A DNA stretch of 64,000 nucleotides, taken from a virus. The DNA is taken from IMG/VR virus record IMGVR_UViG_3300011115_000844, positions 10,102 to 74,101 of that record; one strand, 5' to 3'. Of the stretch, positions 28,104 through 37,624 are shown in pieces (position 1 is the first letter of the stretch; the number at the start of each line of letters is the position of its first letter). The notes under the pieces were generated by a model. It did not search any database, was not told the origin of the DNA, and worked only from the letters and a program-made list of their open reading frames with translations. The position numbers and the translations under genes were made by a program.

Positions 28104-28952
28104 TTAAAATACGAAATAGTTTTTGGTTAAACTTTCGTTTGCAGACCTAAGTGCAGATTCTTCTGTATGTATTTTCTTTCCTTGCTTATCCCTTAATTGT
28201 AGCATTGGGGATATGATACGGGAGTATCTTTCAGTAATATATTGGTGTACTGCGTTATCAACTTCTTCTTTTGTAAACTTACCTCTAATCTTCATGTTCT
28301 CTACATCTACATAAACAAAGAACCTTATATCGCCATCAAAGTATCTTTTGTTTATCATGTATTCAGCAATTTGAAGTAACTCTGTTTTTTCTTCAAATTT
28401 ATTTTTGTGACGTTCAACTGTATCGTTTGTTTTGTGCAAACGTATCATGTTCAAGTTACCCAATAGTTTTGGATTACCTGCTCTACCTATGTTTTGGAAA
28501 TGGCTAACAATATCAAGACCAATATGCCTTGATGTAGCAAGTGAACCAATTAAATCAGATGGCATAGCATCACTCAAATACTTATTAATATCCTCTACCA
28601 ATAACAACCCATTACGATAGTTGTCAAGTATGATACCCAACACTTCTGCCATATCATTAATAGTCATCTTTCTTCCATCATCCCAAAATGGTCTTATTCT
28701 TCTAACCTCTACTTTCGGGTGTATAGAAAACTTCATTATATCTTTAATCGAAATGGCTTTTATAGACCTTTGTTGACCAAAAAACCAAAACGAACTAAAT
28801 TCATCATTAACATCAAAAATCAATGCTTTTCTTGGTGGAACTCCCTTAGTAGGATTACCTGCAACGTAATCATCAATCATGCGTATTGTTTCAACGGATT
28901 TACCCACACCCCTCTTGCCACACGCTATTATAATTCTACATTCTCTACTCAT
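28104..28952 (-). CDS. A32/FtsK-HerA-type genome packaging ATPase
   Basis: Walker A GKRGVGKS, Walker B LLLVED, SRHIGLDIVSHFQ Arg-finger/Gln motif; single domain with no nuclease. Confidence 0.8.
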   Translation of the reverse strand: MSRECRIIIACGKRGVGKSVETIRMIDDYVAGNPTKGVPPRKALIFDVNDEFSSFWFFGQQRSIKAISIKDIMKFSIHPKVEVRRIRPFWDDGRKMTINDMAEVLGIILDNYRNGLLLVEDINKYLSDAMPSDLIGSLATSRHIGLDIVSHFQNIGRAGNPKLLGNLNMIRLHKTNDTVERHKNKFEEKTELLQIAEYMINKRYFDGDIRFFVYVDVENMKIRGKFTKEEVDNAVHQYITERYSRIISPMLQLRDKQGKKIHTEESALRSANESLTKNYFVF

Positions 28953-28956
28953 AGTA

Positions 28957-29175
28957 TTATAGTTTACCTACAAATTTATATCCGTTTAATTCAAGTTGTT
29001 TTGTAAATTTCAACATTTGCCCTTTATCGTATGCGTTATAATCTTTCATAACATAGTCCTTTACTGAATAATCATAAAACTGATACCAAACGGTGTAACC
29101 ACCACTTGCATTATCATATACGGTATATTTTTTCAAATTATTTCTTTTTTGGTCTTCCTCTTTTACCACTACCAA
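28957..29175 (-). CDS. hypothetical protein
   Basis: Small ORF in operon; start uncertain. Confidence 0.45.
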   Translation of the reverse strand: MVVVKEEDQKRNNLKKYTVYDNASGGYTVWYQFYDYSVKDYVMKDYNAYDKGQMLKFTKQLELNGYKFVGKL

Positions 29176-30112
29176 TAGGTTTATTTGTACCTTCTGAAAT
29201 GATAGTTAATTTATTACTTGGTTCGGTAGGTTGCTCTGCAACAAACTCTTCTTGATATATTGGTTCATCAACGATTGCACCCGACATTGAATTTACAAAA
29301 TCATTCACGTTAGTATCGGGATTAAATGGTTTGCTATACGTTTGTTGTGGTGGAGGTGGAGGTGCTTGATATGTTGGTTGTGGTTGTGGTATTGGTTGTG
29401 GTGCAACATTCTGCATCTTGGTAACTTGTACTGCTTCTTTTAAAGTTTTTAAGATTTCTTTTTTTACGTTGTAACCTTGATTAAACATAAACGCACTTAC
29501 CAATACTTCTTTACCTGCTAAATACCAAAGTAATTGTTCATCGGTCATGCCGATACCCTTCTTTTCAAGAACACGAACAAGAACGGGTTTAAATTCAGTT
29601 TCAAACTCTTCTGTAACTACTAATGTACCTTTTGTTTGTTCATTGTAATCATCAATAAATTCACCTGCCGTCATAGATAGAGTTGGAGAAACTTGAATTT
29701 CAACATTCAAATCTATTTCCCCCTTCTCCTGCATTTTATTCAATTGCTTTTGATTGAATAAAAGTTGCGTATCTGCCCAACCCTTACCAAACTTGTATGT
29801 GGACATAATCATGTCTGCTACCTTTTCAGAAGCATCGTGTTTATCCTTTTTTGGCAAACTATCCATTTTAGGATTGAATGGTTGTTCTTGTGGCTTTTTT
29901 ACTTTCTCTTCCGAACTCATTTGCCCTCCCATTGGTGGTGGAATAAATGAAGGTTCGGGAATATCATTTGCAAAATCTTTAGCATCAACTTTTACATTGT
30001 GCTTGGTATATTCTTTTTCTAAAACGGGTTCACCCAATGGGTCAAAATCATCAAATACAAATTCATCGTTGATTTCTTTTTCTTCGGGTTCTTGAAATTC
30101 TTTATTACTCAT
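29138..30112 (-). CDS. hypothetical protein with C-terminal AT-hook-like KRGRPKKK
   Basis: 324-aa ORF upstream of the ATPase. Confidence 0.7.
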   Translation of the reverse strand: MSNKEFQEPEEKEINDEFVFDDFDPLGEPVLEKEYTKHNVKVDAKDFANDIPEPSFIPPPMGGQMSSEEKVKKPQEQPFNPKMDSLPKKDKHDASEKVADMIMSTYKFGKGWADTQLLFNQKQLNKMQEKGEIDLNVEIQVSPTLSMTAGEFIDDYNEQTKGTLVVTEEFETEFKPVLVRVLEKKGIGMTDEQLLWYLAGKEVLVSAFMFNQGYNVKKEILKTLKEAVQVTKMQNVAPQPIPQPQPTYQAPPPPPQQTYSKPFNPDTNVNDFVNSMSGAIVDEPIYQEEFVAEQPTEPSNKLTIISEGTNKPIGSGKRGRPKKK

Positions 30113-30114
30113 TT

Positions 30115-30543
30115 TTAAAAATTATTTTTCAGTTTAAAATCGGTTATTAGTAAATCAAAATTATTCTTAGTAGTTTTTATATTTGGGTTGTCTTCAATCA
30201 TTTGTTTGATTTCTTTTGTTGACCTACTTAACAAAGACTTATCCCTTTTAAAAAACATTTTTAAATCGCCAAAACTAAAATCAAATACTTCGTACAAATA
30301 ATAAATGGAAAACTTTAACGCCAACATTCTTTTATGTGATTTGTTGTGCGAATTAATAATATCTTCTATTGTTTGCGTGTAATGATTAGCCGTCATCTTT
30401 AACACAAACTCAACTCTTTTGTCTTGTAAACTCAATGTATTACTTCGTGCAATTTTCAAAGCATTGGTGGTAGCATCTACGCCCAAAACCTCTACGGATT
30501 TGAGTAATTCTTGAATTAAATCGGTTTCGTTTTTTTTTATCAT
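30115..30543 (-). CDS. DnaA-domain-IV/TrpR-like HTH DNA-binding protein
   Basis: TIEDIIN.H...LALKFSIYYL...SFGDL..FFKRDKS pattern. Confidence 0.5.
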   Translation of the reverse strand: MIKKNETDLIQELLKSVEVLGVDATTNALKIARSNTLSLQDKRVEFVLKMTANHYTQTIEDIINSHNKSHKRMLALKFSIYYLYEVFDFSFGDLKMFFKRDKSLLSRSTKEIKQMIEDNPNIKTTKNNFDLLITDFKLKNNF

Positions 30544-30576
30544 GCCTTAAAATACTCAACAAAGTAAACACTTTTT

Positions 30577-31662
30577 TTACAATCCTTCAACTTTTTTTAT
30601 AACAAAATGATAATGATGTTTTCTACAATAATTATTTGAAAAATTTTTATTTTCACAACCTTCAATAGAACATAATTTTACGGTATTTAAAAATTTATCT
30701 GAATCTAATAAACCCCAATCTTTTATAACTGAACTCCACTTTTTAATACTTTTGTAAACTTCACTATCAATAACTTCAAGTCTTATATTTGGGTAATACA
30801 ATTTCATTCTTTTTAATTTCGTTTTTGATTTATCATCCATCCAACCCTTAACCTCTATAAAATATGTACTACCATCATTATTTGTAATTTTAAAATCGGG
30901 TAAATATGACCTCACACCTCTTTTTATTTTTTCAAACCAAAAGGTTTCTACTTCATGTTCCCAATCTTTTATTTCATTTTTAGATTTTAAAAATTCAAGA
31001 TAAGCACTAATATTACACTCCCAAGATGACCTTGCAAAAAATGTTTTATTCCCAATAGTAACTGTTCCCCTTTTTACTCTATTATAATTATTTACTGAAT
31101 TATTCCTAACCTTTTCACTCATAAATTTTGACATATAATCTGATTTTTTTTGCCTACATTCCTGCGAATTAAATTTACTATTAGGGTCTGCCCATAACTT
31201 TTTACATCTTTCTGAAAATTTTATTTTTGATTCTTCTGTATGCTTTTTACCAAGCATCCCTTTTGGATGACCTTGTTCTTTAATCCATTTCTTAAATCTT
31301 TCCGAAGTTTCTTTACTTTTATACTTCATGGATATTCTATTATTCTTATCAGTAAGACCTAATTCGTTTGCTTTTCTTGATAAAAAACCATCTGTTCTAC
31401 CCATGATTTTAGCAAGTTTCTTTAACTCCCCAACATCTCTATATTTTTTGTAATTTTCTTTTAAAAAATCAAAATCTTTTTGAGTAAAATAATTCATTTT
31501 TTTTATTACCCCTGCTTTAGTTAAGTAAGAATGAACTATTTGACCACTCATTTTATATTTTTCTGCTACTTTCCAAATATTATTTATCTCTTTGTAAGAA
31601 TCAATTAAATCTTGCAAATTACAAATTATACTACCTTTATACTTAACGATTTTATCTTGCAT
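30577..31662 (-). CDS. homing-type PD-(D/E)XK endonuclease with NUMOD3 motif
   Basis: GKKHTEESKIK; RSSWE...WEHE...YLPDF...IEVKGW. Confidence 0.8.
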   Translation of the reverse strand: MQDKIVKYKGSIICNLQDLIDSYKEINNIWKVAEKYKMSGQIVHSYLTKAGVIKKMNYFTQKDFDFLKENYKKYRDVGELKKLAKIMGRTDGFLSRKANELGLTDKNNRISMKYKSKETSERFKKWIKEQGHPKGMLGKKHTEESKIKFSERCKKLWADPNSKFNSQECRQKKSDYMSKFMSEKVRNNSVNNYNRVKRGTVTIGNKTFFARSSWECNISAYLEFLKSKNEIKDWEHEVETFWFEKIKRGVRSYLPDFKITNNDGSTYFIEVKGWMDDKSKTKLKRMKLYYPNIRLEVIDSEVYKSIKKWSSVIKDWGLLDSDKFLNTVKLCSIEGCENKNFSNNYCRKHHYHFVIKKVEGL

Positions 31663-31685
31663 TTCATCGTTTTATTTTATACAAA

Positions 31686-32333
31686 TTATAGTTTATACTT
31701 TTCTTTGAACTCCTTATTTTTCAAAACCTTGTCAGCACAAAATATACCTACATCAATATCGCTTTGATAATGCAGTCCTAAGTAAACCCTTGAATAGCAT
31801 ATATCTTTAAAAACGTCTTGCATAAATGAATACGTCTTAGGATATATGTTACCTATAACTTCTGTAAGTAATCTTGTTTGAAATGCGTGTCCACTTGGGA
31901 ACGAAGGAGAATCAGCACTTATACTTTTGAATGGAAATAATTTTAGTTTGTAGTAATGTGCAAGTTGATATGGTCTTGGTCTTTGAAATGTGAATTTCAA
32001 TTTTGTTAGCAACGGCTTTGTATCTTCGATAATATCGGTAATTATCTTTTTTACTTCTTCTTCATTTTCGCCTCCTTTAATTAAACCATCAGTAAAATAC
32101 CTTGACAAATGTTTATCATAAACCATGTATCTGTTTATGTAGTCCTCTTTACCTTTTAAAGTATTGATGTACGATACTATTTCGTTTAACTCCTCTTGCG
32201 TTGCTTCCGATGAATTTTTTGGAAATGTATATGTAGATAATTCTTCTAATAATACATCAAGGTAGTTATTAGTAGAAATGTATTTTAATTGTTCAAGATT
32301 GGGGTTGCCATAGCTTATTTCATCTATATTCAT
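31686..32333 (-). CDS. PAP2/vanadium-haloperoxidase superfamily phosphatase
   Basis: KxxxxRPRP, SFPSGH, SRVYLGLHYQSD. Confidence 0.85.
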   Translation of the reverse strand: MNIDEISYGNPNLEQLKYISTNNYLDVLLEELSTYTFPKNSSEATQEELNEIVSYINTLKGKEDYINRYMVYDKHLSRYFTDGLIKGGENEEEVKKIITDIIEDTKPLLTKLKFTFQRPRPYQLAHYYKLKLFPFKSISADSPSFPSGHAFQTRLLTEVIGNIYPKTYSFMQDVFKDICYSRVYLGLHYQSDIDVGIFCADKVLKNKEFKEKYKL

Positions 32334-32362
32334 AGCAGTTAATTAATCGTTCTTATTTTTTA

Positions 32363-32722
32363 TTAAATAGTTTTGTACTTACCCTTCATATTGGTTTGCA
32401 TATTCATCTTGATTTCATCAATTTGTCTTTGCAATTCATTATTGATAAGTTTATCTTGTTTCAACTTAAATTGATAGTAGTATATAACGTAAGATAAACT
32501 TGCTACTCCTAAAATTGAAAATCCAATTTCCATTAAATTTAAACTTTTCCAAAAAGATTTTCCACCACCATTATCTCCACCTTCCGTACTACCACCCTCA
32601 CCCATAACCACGTTAGGCATAGGCGTAGGAGTTGGTGCAGTTGGCATAGGAGCAGGTGCAGGAGTTGGTGCAGGTGCTATTGGCGTTGTTGGTGCAGTTG
32701 GTGTTGCTATTGGTGTTTCCAT
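32363..32722 (-). CDS. Pro-rich TM protein with coiled coil
   Basis: PAPT repeats, MGEGG, TM. Confidence 0.7.
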   Translation of the reverse strand: METPIATPTAPTTPIAPAPTPAPAPMPTAPTPTPMPNVVMGEGGSTEGGDNGGGKSFWKSLNLMEIGFSILGVASLSYVIYYYQFKLKQDKLINNELQRQIDEIKMNMQTNMKGKYKTI

Positions 32723-32928
32723 TATGATTTTCCGTTAAGTCTTTTTAGTGAAATTAAAATACCAAGTGTAAATGCAAGAGTACCTACAATTAAATAACCC
32801 ATGTACAAATGTTCTTTGATATTTTGTTTCTTTTCAGTTTCAATATCTTTTTTCAATTCTTCATTTGTTTCGGGAGCATAAGCAGTTGTAGTGTTCCCAT
32901 CATTGTCTTTTAGTATTATCTTTCTCAC
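32722..32928 (-). CDS. C-terminal TM protein
   Basis: TM followed by KR. Confidence 0.65.
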   Translation of the reverse strand: MRKIILKDNDGNTTTAYAPETNEELKKDIETEKKQNIKEHLYMGYLIVGTLAFTLGILISLKRLNGKS

Positions 32929-33854
32929 TATTGTTTCTTTTTTCTTGTTAAAAAATATAATAGTGCTAACCCACCTAATATTAAATATAACCCCATGTTA
33001 CTTTTTTTCTCTTGGGGTGCTACTGTATTAGTTGGAGGTTCTCCAAATCCACCACCACCACCACCAAAAATTCCACCACCAATTGGAGGTAATACTATTG
33101 GAGCAGGGGGTGTTACATTACATTTGCCATTATAAATTGCTTGTGCTTTCGCTATTTCGGTATTGTATGCTTCTACTACGTTTTGAGCAAATGTTGATGT
33201 TGAAAGAATTGCATTATATTCAGCAATTTTATCTTTTAAGGTTGTACAATCAAGTGTTGACCAAACGGGAAAATTAGGCAAGGTATCAACTAAAGGTTTA
33301 GGACTTGTACTTGTTACACACGCACCATTAATCCAAGCACCACCACTATTAATACAAGTAGTTTCAGCAGGTAATGGTTCGGGTGCAGGACTTGTTTGAC
33401 AAGTGCCATTTACCCACAGACCACCATTTGATACACATAATTGTTGTGCAGTAGCAGGAGCAGGTTGTGAACTTATACAAGCACCATTAACCCATGTACC
33501 ACCACTATTCATACAATTAACTTCGGCAGTAGATGGACTTGTTGGTGGATATATTGGTTCTTGTGGTTGACCAATAGGCACTCCCGTACCACTATTACCC
33601 GTATTGGTAGGGTCATTAGGTGTATCGGGAGGTGGAACGTTAGCACCTGCAACCATGACAAAATGTTCATTATCGGGTTGACCAAAACCACCACGTTTAG
33701 GAACAATAAAGTTTTCTTCACCATCAAAGGGTATTACGGCTATCCTTTTTTTAACCCTTATTTTTGGTTTATTTACTAATCCCCTTGATGGTTTATTTAC
33801 TAACCCTCTTGAATCATCAATACTTGCTGATTTATTTACTAATGCTCTTCCCAT
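32928..33854 (-). CDS. C-terminally anchored protein with three CxxxGGxWxNGxC repeats
   Basis: Repeats visible in the translation; TM followed by RKKKQ. Confidence 0.75.
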   Translation of the reverse strand: MGRALVNKSASIDDSRGLVNKPSRGLVNKPKIRVKKRIAVIPFDGEENFIVPKRGGFGQPDNEHFVMVAGANVPPPDTPNDPTNTGNSGTGVPIGQPQEPIYPPTSPSTAEVNCMNSGGTWVNGACISSQPAPATAQQLCVSNGGLWVNGTCQTSPAPEPLPAETTCINSGGAWINGACVTSTSPKPLVDTLPNFPVWSTLDCTTLKDKIAEYNAILSTSTFAQNVVEAYNTEIAKAQAIYNGKCNVTPPAPIVLPPIGGGIFGGGGGGFGEPPTNTVAPQEKKSNMGLYLILGGLALLYFLTRKKKQ

Positions 33855-33858
33855 TTTA

Positions 33859-33987
33859 TTAAATTTTACCTTCTTTTTTTAATTCTTTGGTAGCACGAGA
33901 AATAGCATCAGACCATTTTTCAGTACCTTTCTTGTAAATTTTTTTTGCCCTTGCTGATATAAGGGTAATTTTACTTCCTTTTGCCAT
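33859..33987 (-). CDS. 42-aa basic protein, possible DNA-binding core protein (not in ORF track)
   Basis: MAKGSKITLISARAKKIYKKGTEKWSDAISRATKELKKEGKI. Confidence 0.6.
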   Translation of the reverse strand: MAKGSKITLISARAKKIYKKGTEKWSDAISRATKELKKEGKI

Positions 33988-33989
33988 AA

Positions 33990-34103
33990 TTATGATTTTT
34001 GACTTGAATGCCATGCTTTACCAATAACCCATACTGTACCAAATAATACTGCAAGTGATACTGCAATTCCTAAAGCACCTCCTATTAAATTTTTCTTTTC
34101 CAT
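33990..34103 (-). CDS. 37-aa TM protein (not in ORF track)
   Basis: MEKKNLIGGALGIAVSLAVLFGTVWVIGKAWHSSQKS. Confidence 0.65.
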   Translation of the reverse strand: MEKKNLIGGALGIAVSLAVLFGTVWVIGKAWHSSQKS

Positions 34104-34172
34104 TTTTTTATGTTTTATATTTAAAAAATTTGTAGTAAAGATAAAAAATAATTGCAATAATCATTACATTAA

Positions 34173-34661
34173 TTATTCTCTATTTTTCAAAATATTAACG
34201 CCTATCAAACCTCCAATAACTATACCAACAATCCACAATGCTATATTGGTTTTTTTAGGTTTTTCTTCTTGTGTTACATTACCTGCAACATTCTGCACGT
34301 TTGGTTGTGCATTTGGTTGTGGTGTAGGTTTTGCAACATTCGGTTGTTGTTGTGCATCTTTTTTAGGTCTTCCTCTGCCAACTAAGTTTTTAGAAAGATT
34401 AGCATAATGTTCTTTGTTTTTATCGAACATTGTTACTGCTTTAACTAAAACCCTATCTTGTTCTTCTAACGCATCGTTTAACTCTTCTAAATCAGTTTTC
34501 AATTCATCTACATCATCATTCAATGTAGGGTTTTCAATTGATTTTTCAAGTTCTCCAATACCATCAACAATCGTGTAATAATCTTTAATTTTGTTTCTGA
34601 TTCCTTGTGATACAGTTTCTTCTGTTAATCCAAAACCGTCAAGTGTTTGTTTCCATTTCAT
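34173..34661 (-). CDS. coiled-coil protein with AT-hook-like GRGRPKK and C-terminal TM
   Basis: Motifs visible in the translation; TAAATTTG -7 element at 34687..34694. Confidence 0.75.
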   Translation of the reverse strand: MKWKQTLDGFGLTEETVSQGIRNKIKDYYTIVDGIGELEKSIENPTLNDDVDELKTDLEELNDALEEQDRVLVKAVTMFDKNKEHYANLSKNLVGRGRPKKDAQQQPNVAKPTPQPNAQPNVQNVAGNVTQEEKPKKTNIALWIVGIVIGGLIGVNILKNRE

Positions 34662-34780
34662 AATTATAAGTTTTTAAAAGTTTTTACAAATTTAAGCATT
34701 ATCTACAATCATATCACCATCTTTATCAAAATCAGTTAAGTCAACACCTCCTATATCATCTTTCGTTGTGCCACCCCTAA

Positions 34781-37621
34781 CTAACTTTTTTTTTTACCCA
34801 TATACTTACTTCTCATTGCTCCTGCAATTCTTTTTGCTGAATCTACGGCTTCTTTTTTATCGTATGTTTTACCATAGTCTTTTTGAACACTTGGAGAAAC
34901 TTTTTTACGTTTTAATAAACTTTGAGAAATTGATTTTACCTTATCATTGAAAGTGGTTGTACCACCTTCTCCTTTACTAATAATATATTTCTTATCATAT
35001 ACCCCACCATTTTTACCACCACCACTTACCATAGTAGCATATTCATTTTTAACTTTCATTCTAAATGAATCAGCCATGTTTGGCAATTTAATAGTTACAG
35101 TTTTTCCAACGTATGTATTTTCAGATGTTTCAAATTCGTTTCTTTCTTTGTTTGTTATTATTCTTTTATAATCTTGGTTTAATTCTTTCATAGAAGAATA
35201 CCCACCTTCATAAATTCCACCACCCTTACCAAATTTCGGGAACATTTTATATGTATCATGTTTTTCTAAATGTCCATATTTGCTAAATGTTTCCTTTGAC
35301 AAATGAATTGCTTTAATTCCATTTTGTTTTTCTAAACTATCGTATTTTTCTTCGGCTTCTGATTTACTATCAAATACTAAATCATTTACCTTATTACCAT
35401 CATCCCAAATTATGTGATAATAAGTTTTATTTTTTCTTTCGCTAATACTTGGAAAATCAGTCATGCCACCCTTCGCCATTTTGCCACCAAAAACTTTATC
35501 AATGTTTGAAGCAAGTTTTTGTTCTCCATTCATTTGAGCAACATATTTAAACGCCATAGCAATGCCATATCCATCATACCCCGATTTTTGAGAAACATCA
35601 ATACCTAATTCTCTTACATTATCATCAGCATCATAGTACTTAGACGAGTAAACTGAATTATCTCTCCATTCAGAATATTGAGGCGAACCAAATTCGGGAA
35701 CGCTTGACTTATCAGCGTATGGGTCTTTTGCCCATTCGGGTCTTTTCTCCAATATGCTTATAAATTGTCTTACTTCGGAATGGCTATTAGCATCAGTCAA
35801 ACCTTCAACGAGTGCTTGTGCCAAAGCAATTGAATAATCATAACCTAAATCTTTTCTTGTTACACCTAATTCATTTGCTCTTTTTTGTGCGTATAAGTTC
35901 AAATCCCTATTAGTCATGCCACCGTCAGCAAACTTTTTGTAATGAGGATTTTTTGGTCTTGTTTTTCTTTTATAATCTTGCTCCCAACTTTGTTGCGACT
36001 TAAACATTCTATCCCTACTTAAATTCGTTTCGCCACCATCAGCATATTGCCCCATCATTGTATGCACTTTAAACGCACCTTGCACATCTTCGTTCAAATC
36101 TTGAAACTCTTGATTAGCAATTCCTACTATTTCGCTTTCCTTAACCCCTAATTCGTTAAAATGGTCAATCATGAAGTGTATTCTTTGGTCTTCAGATAAA
36201 CTGTTCCAAATGTCCTCTGTTGTTCTCCCACGATAGTTATTTGGAATACTACCACCTTTAGCCATTTTATCGGAAATAATCTCAATTTTATCAAATGATT
36301 TTTTTTGTATTCTATAATTACTGCCTTGTATTTCTTTAGGAAAATCCCCATGAAAAACTAAATCGTCATAGGACTTTCCAACTGATGATTTTATTTTACT
36401 CCCATTTTTCATAGTAACTAATAAATTCTTATTAGTTCTATTCAAATAATCCATCATATCGTAATCAATATCTTCAACTTTTATTATTCCTGCATTTGGA
36501 AATCCACCATTAGCAAGTTTTACTGCCATTTCATTAGGTGTGCTATCAGCATTCGCTAAGTAATTTTCGCCACTATCATTTTTTATAATTTGCAATTCTC
36601 CACCATCAGCAAATTTTTCTTCTCCATTTTCGTATGTTGCTATAACTTTAAAATACTTCTCCCAACCTTTTTCTTTAAAGTATTCTAAATCTTCTTCTTG
36701 ACCCCAAGTAATTCTTTCTGATAATGATGCTACTTTCCTTCCACTATCTTTATTAAATTCATAATCAAAAACATAAGTTTTAGTTTTATTCCTTTTTGAA
36801 GAATCTTTAGCATCTTTTTTCACTTCCTCAATTCTATCTTTTATTTCGCCACCATCAGCAAATTTATTTGCCATATCGTACTCTTCCTTAGATATTTCAA
36901 TAGCGTTTGGAGGTGTTGGAGAAGCAATATTTTTTACTAAATAAGTGTAATAGGTGTTACCCTCTTTATCAACTTCTTTTATTTTATAGTAATCATTTCT
37001 TAGAACACCACCGTTTGCATACGAAGGGTACATATTCAATTCATATCTACCACTATCCATTCTGTATATCTGAATATTAGCAACGCCTTCTTTAGATTTA
37101 CCTTGCAATTGTATTGGTCTTGTTATCCTTGCAGTTTCTCCATACCCAATACCACCAACAGTTACATCGGGGAAATAATTATCAGAAGTAAACAAATATC
37201 CTTCATTATGGAAAAAATCTTCTACTTCTTCTAACGCTTGTGCAAGTGTATCATGGTAAATTTTATAGCCATGAACCTTACCACCCTTTGCAAAGGTTTC
37301 GCCTTGATTTAATCTACTCAATAACTCACTTGCATTTATTGGTTGAAAATAAATATCCCTTTCAAGATTTAACCCGAATGGAGGCACTTTCATCATCTCT
37401 AAACTTTCCCTGCTTACAGAACCTACTTCTATTTCAAACAAGTTCACAATTGCCCAAATATAATCGGGGTCGCTTGGGTCTGAATTAAGCAAGTAAAAAG
37501 TTCCATTACCATAAGGATTAAATATTTTAGCTACAACCATTTGATTTTTAAGGTCATTGCCTAATTTATATTGACTAAATAATTTGTTGTCAATTTCTTT
37601 TGTAAATAATTTTTGACGCAT
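34781..37621 (-). CDS. polyvalent multi-module protein with N-terminal DUF2958-like domain and about ten [FYML]-A-x-GG linkers
   Basis: KIFNPYGNGTFYL...EVGSVS...LERDIYF; repeated FADGG/MAKGG/YANGG. Confidence 0.8.
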   Translation of the reverse strand: MRQKLFTKEIDNKLFSQYKLGNDLKNQMVVAKIFNPYGNGTFYLLNSDPSDPDYIWAIVNLFEIEVGSVSRESLEMMKVPPFGLNLERDIYFQPINASELLSRLNQGETFAKGGKVHGYKIYHDTLAQALEEVEDFFHNEGYLFTSDNYFPDVTVGGIGYGETARITRPIQLQGKSKEGVANIQIYRMDSGRYELNMYPSYANGGVLRNDYYKIKEVDKEGNTYYTYLVKNIASPTPPNAIEISKEEYDMANKFADGGEIKDRIEEVKKDAKDSSKRNKTKTYVFDYEFNKDSGRKVASLSERITWGQEEDLEYFKEKGWEKYFKVIATYENGEEKFADGGELQIIKNDSGENYLANADSTPNEMAVKLANGGFPNAGIIKVEDIDYDMMDYLNRTNKNLLVTMKNGSKIKSSVGKSYDDLVFHGDFPKEIQGSNYRIQKKSFDKIEIISDKMAKGGSIPNNYRGRTTEDIWNSLSEDQRIHFMIDHFNELGVKESEIVGIANQEFQDLNEDVQGAFKVHTMMGQYADGGETNLSRDRMFKSQQSWEQDYKRKTRPKNPHYKKFADGGMTNRDLNLYAQKRANELGVTRKDLGYDYSIALAQALVEGLTDANSHSEVRQFISILEKRPEWAKDPYADKSSVPEFGSPQYSEWRDNSVYSSKYYDADDNVRELGIDVSQKSGYDGYGIAMAFKYVAQMNGEQKLASNIDKVFGGKMAKGGMTDFPSISERKNKTYYHIIWDDGNKVNDLVFDSKSEAEEKYDSLEKQNGIKAIHLSKETFSKYGHLEKHDTYKMFPKFGKGGGIYEGGYSSMKELNQDYKRIITNKERNEFETSENTYVGKTVTIKLPNMADSFRMKVKNEYATMVSGGGKNGGVYDKKYIISKGEGGTTTFNDKVKSISQSLLKRKKVSPSVQKDYGKTYDKKEAVDSAKRIAGAMRSKYMGKKKS

Positions 37622-37624
37622 TTT

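Noticed and set aside
28104-28952. Terminase large subunit
   Set aside because: Only 282 aa with no nuclease domain; the RH...Q motif fits the A32/FtsK-HerA clade.
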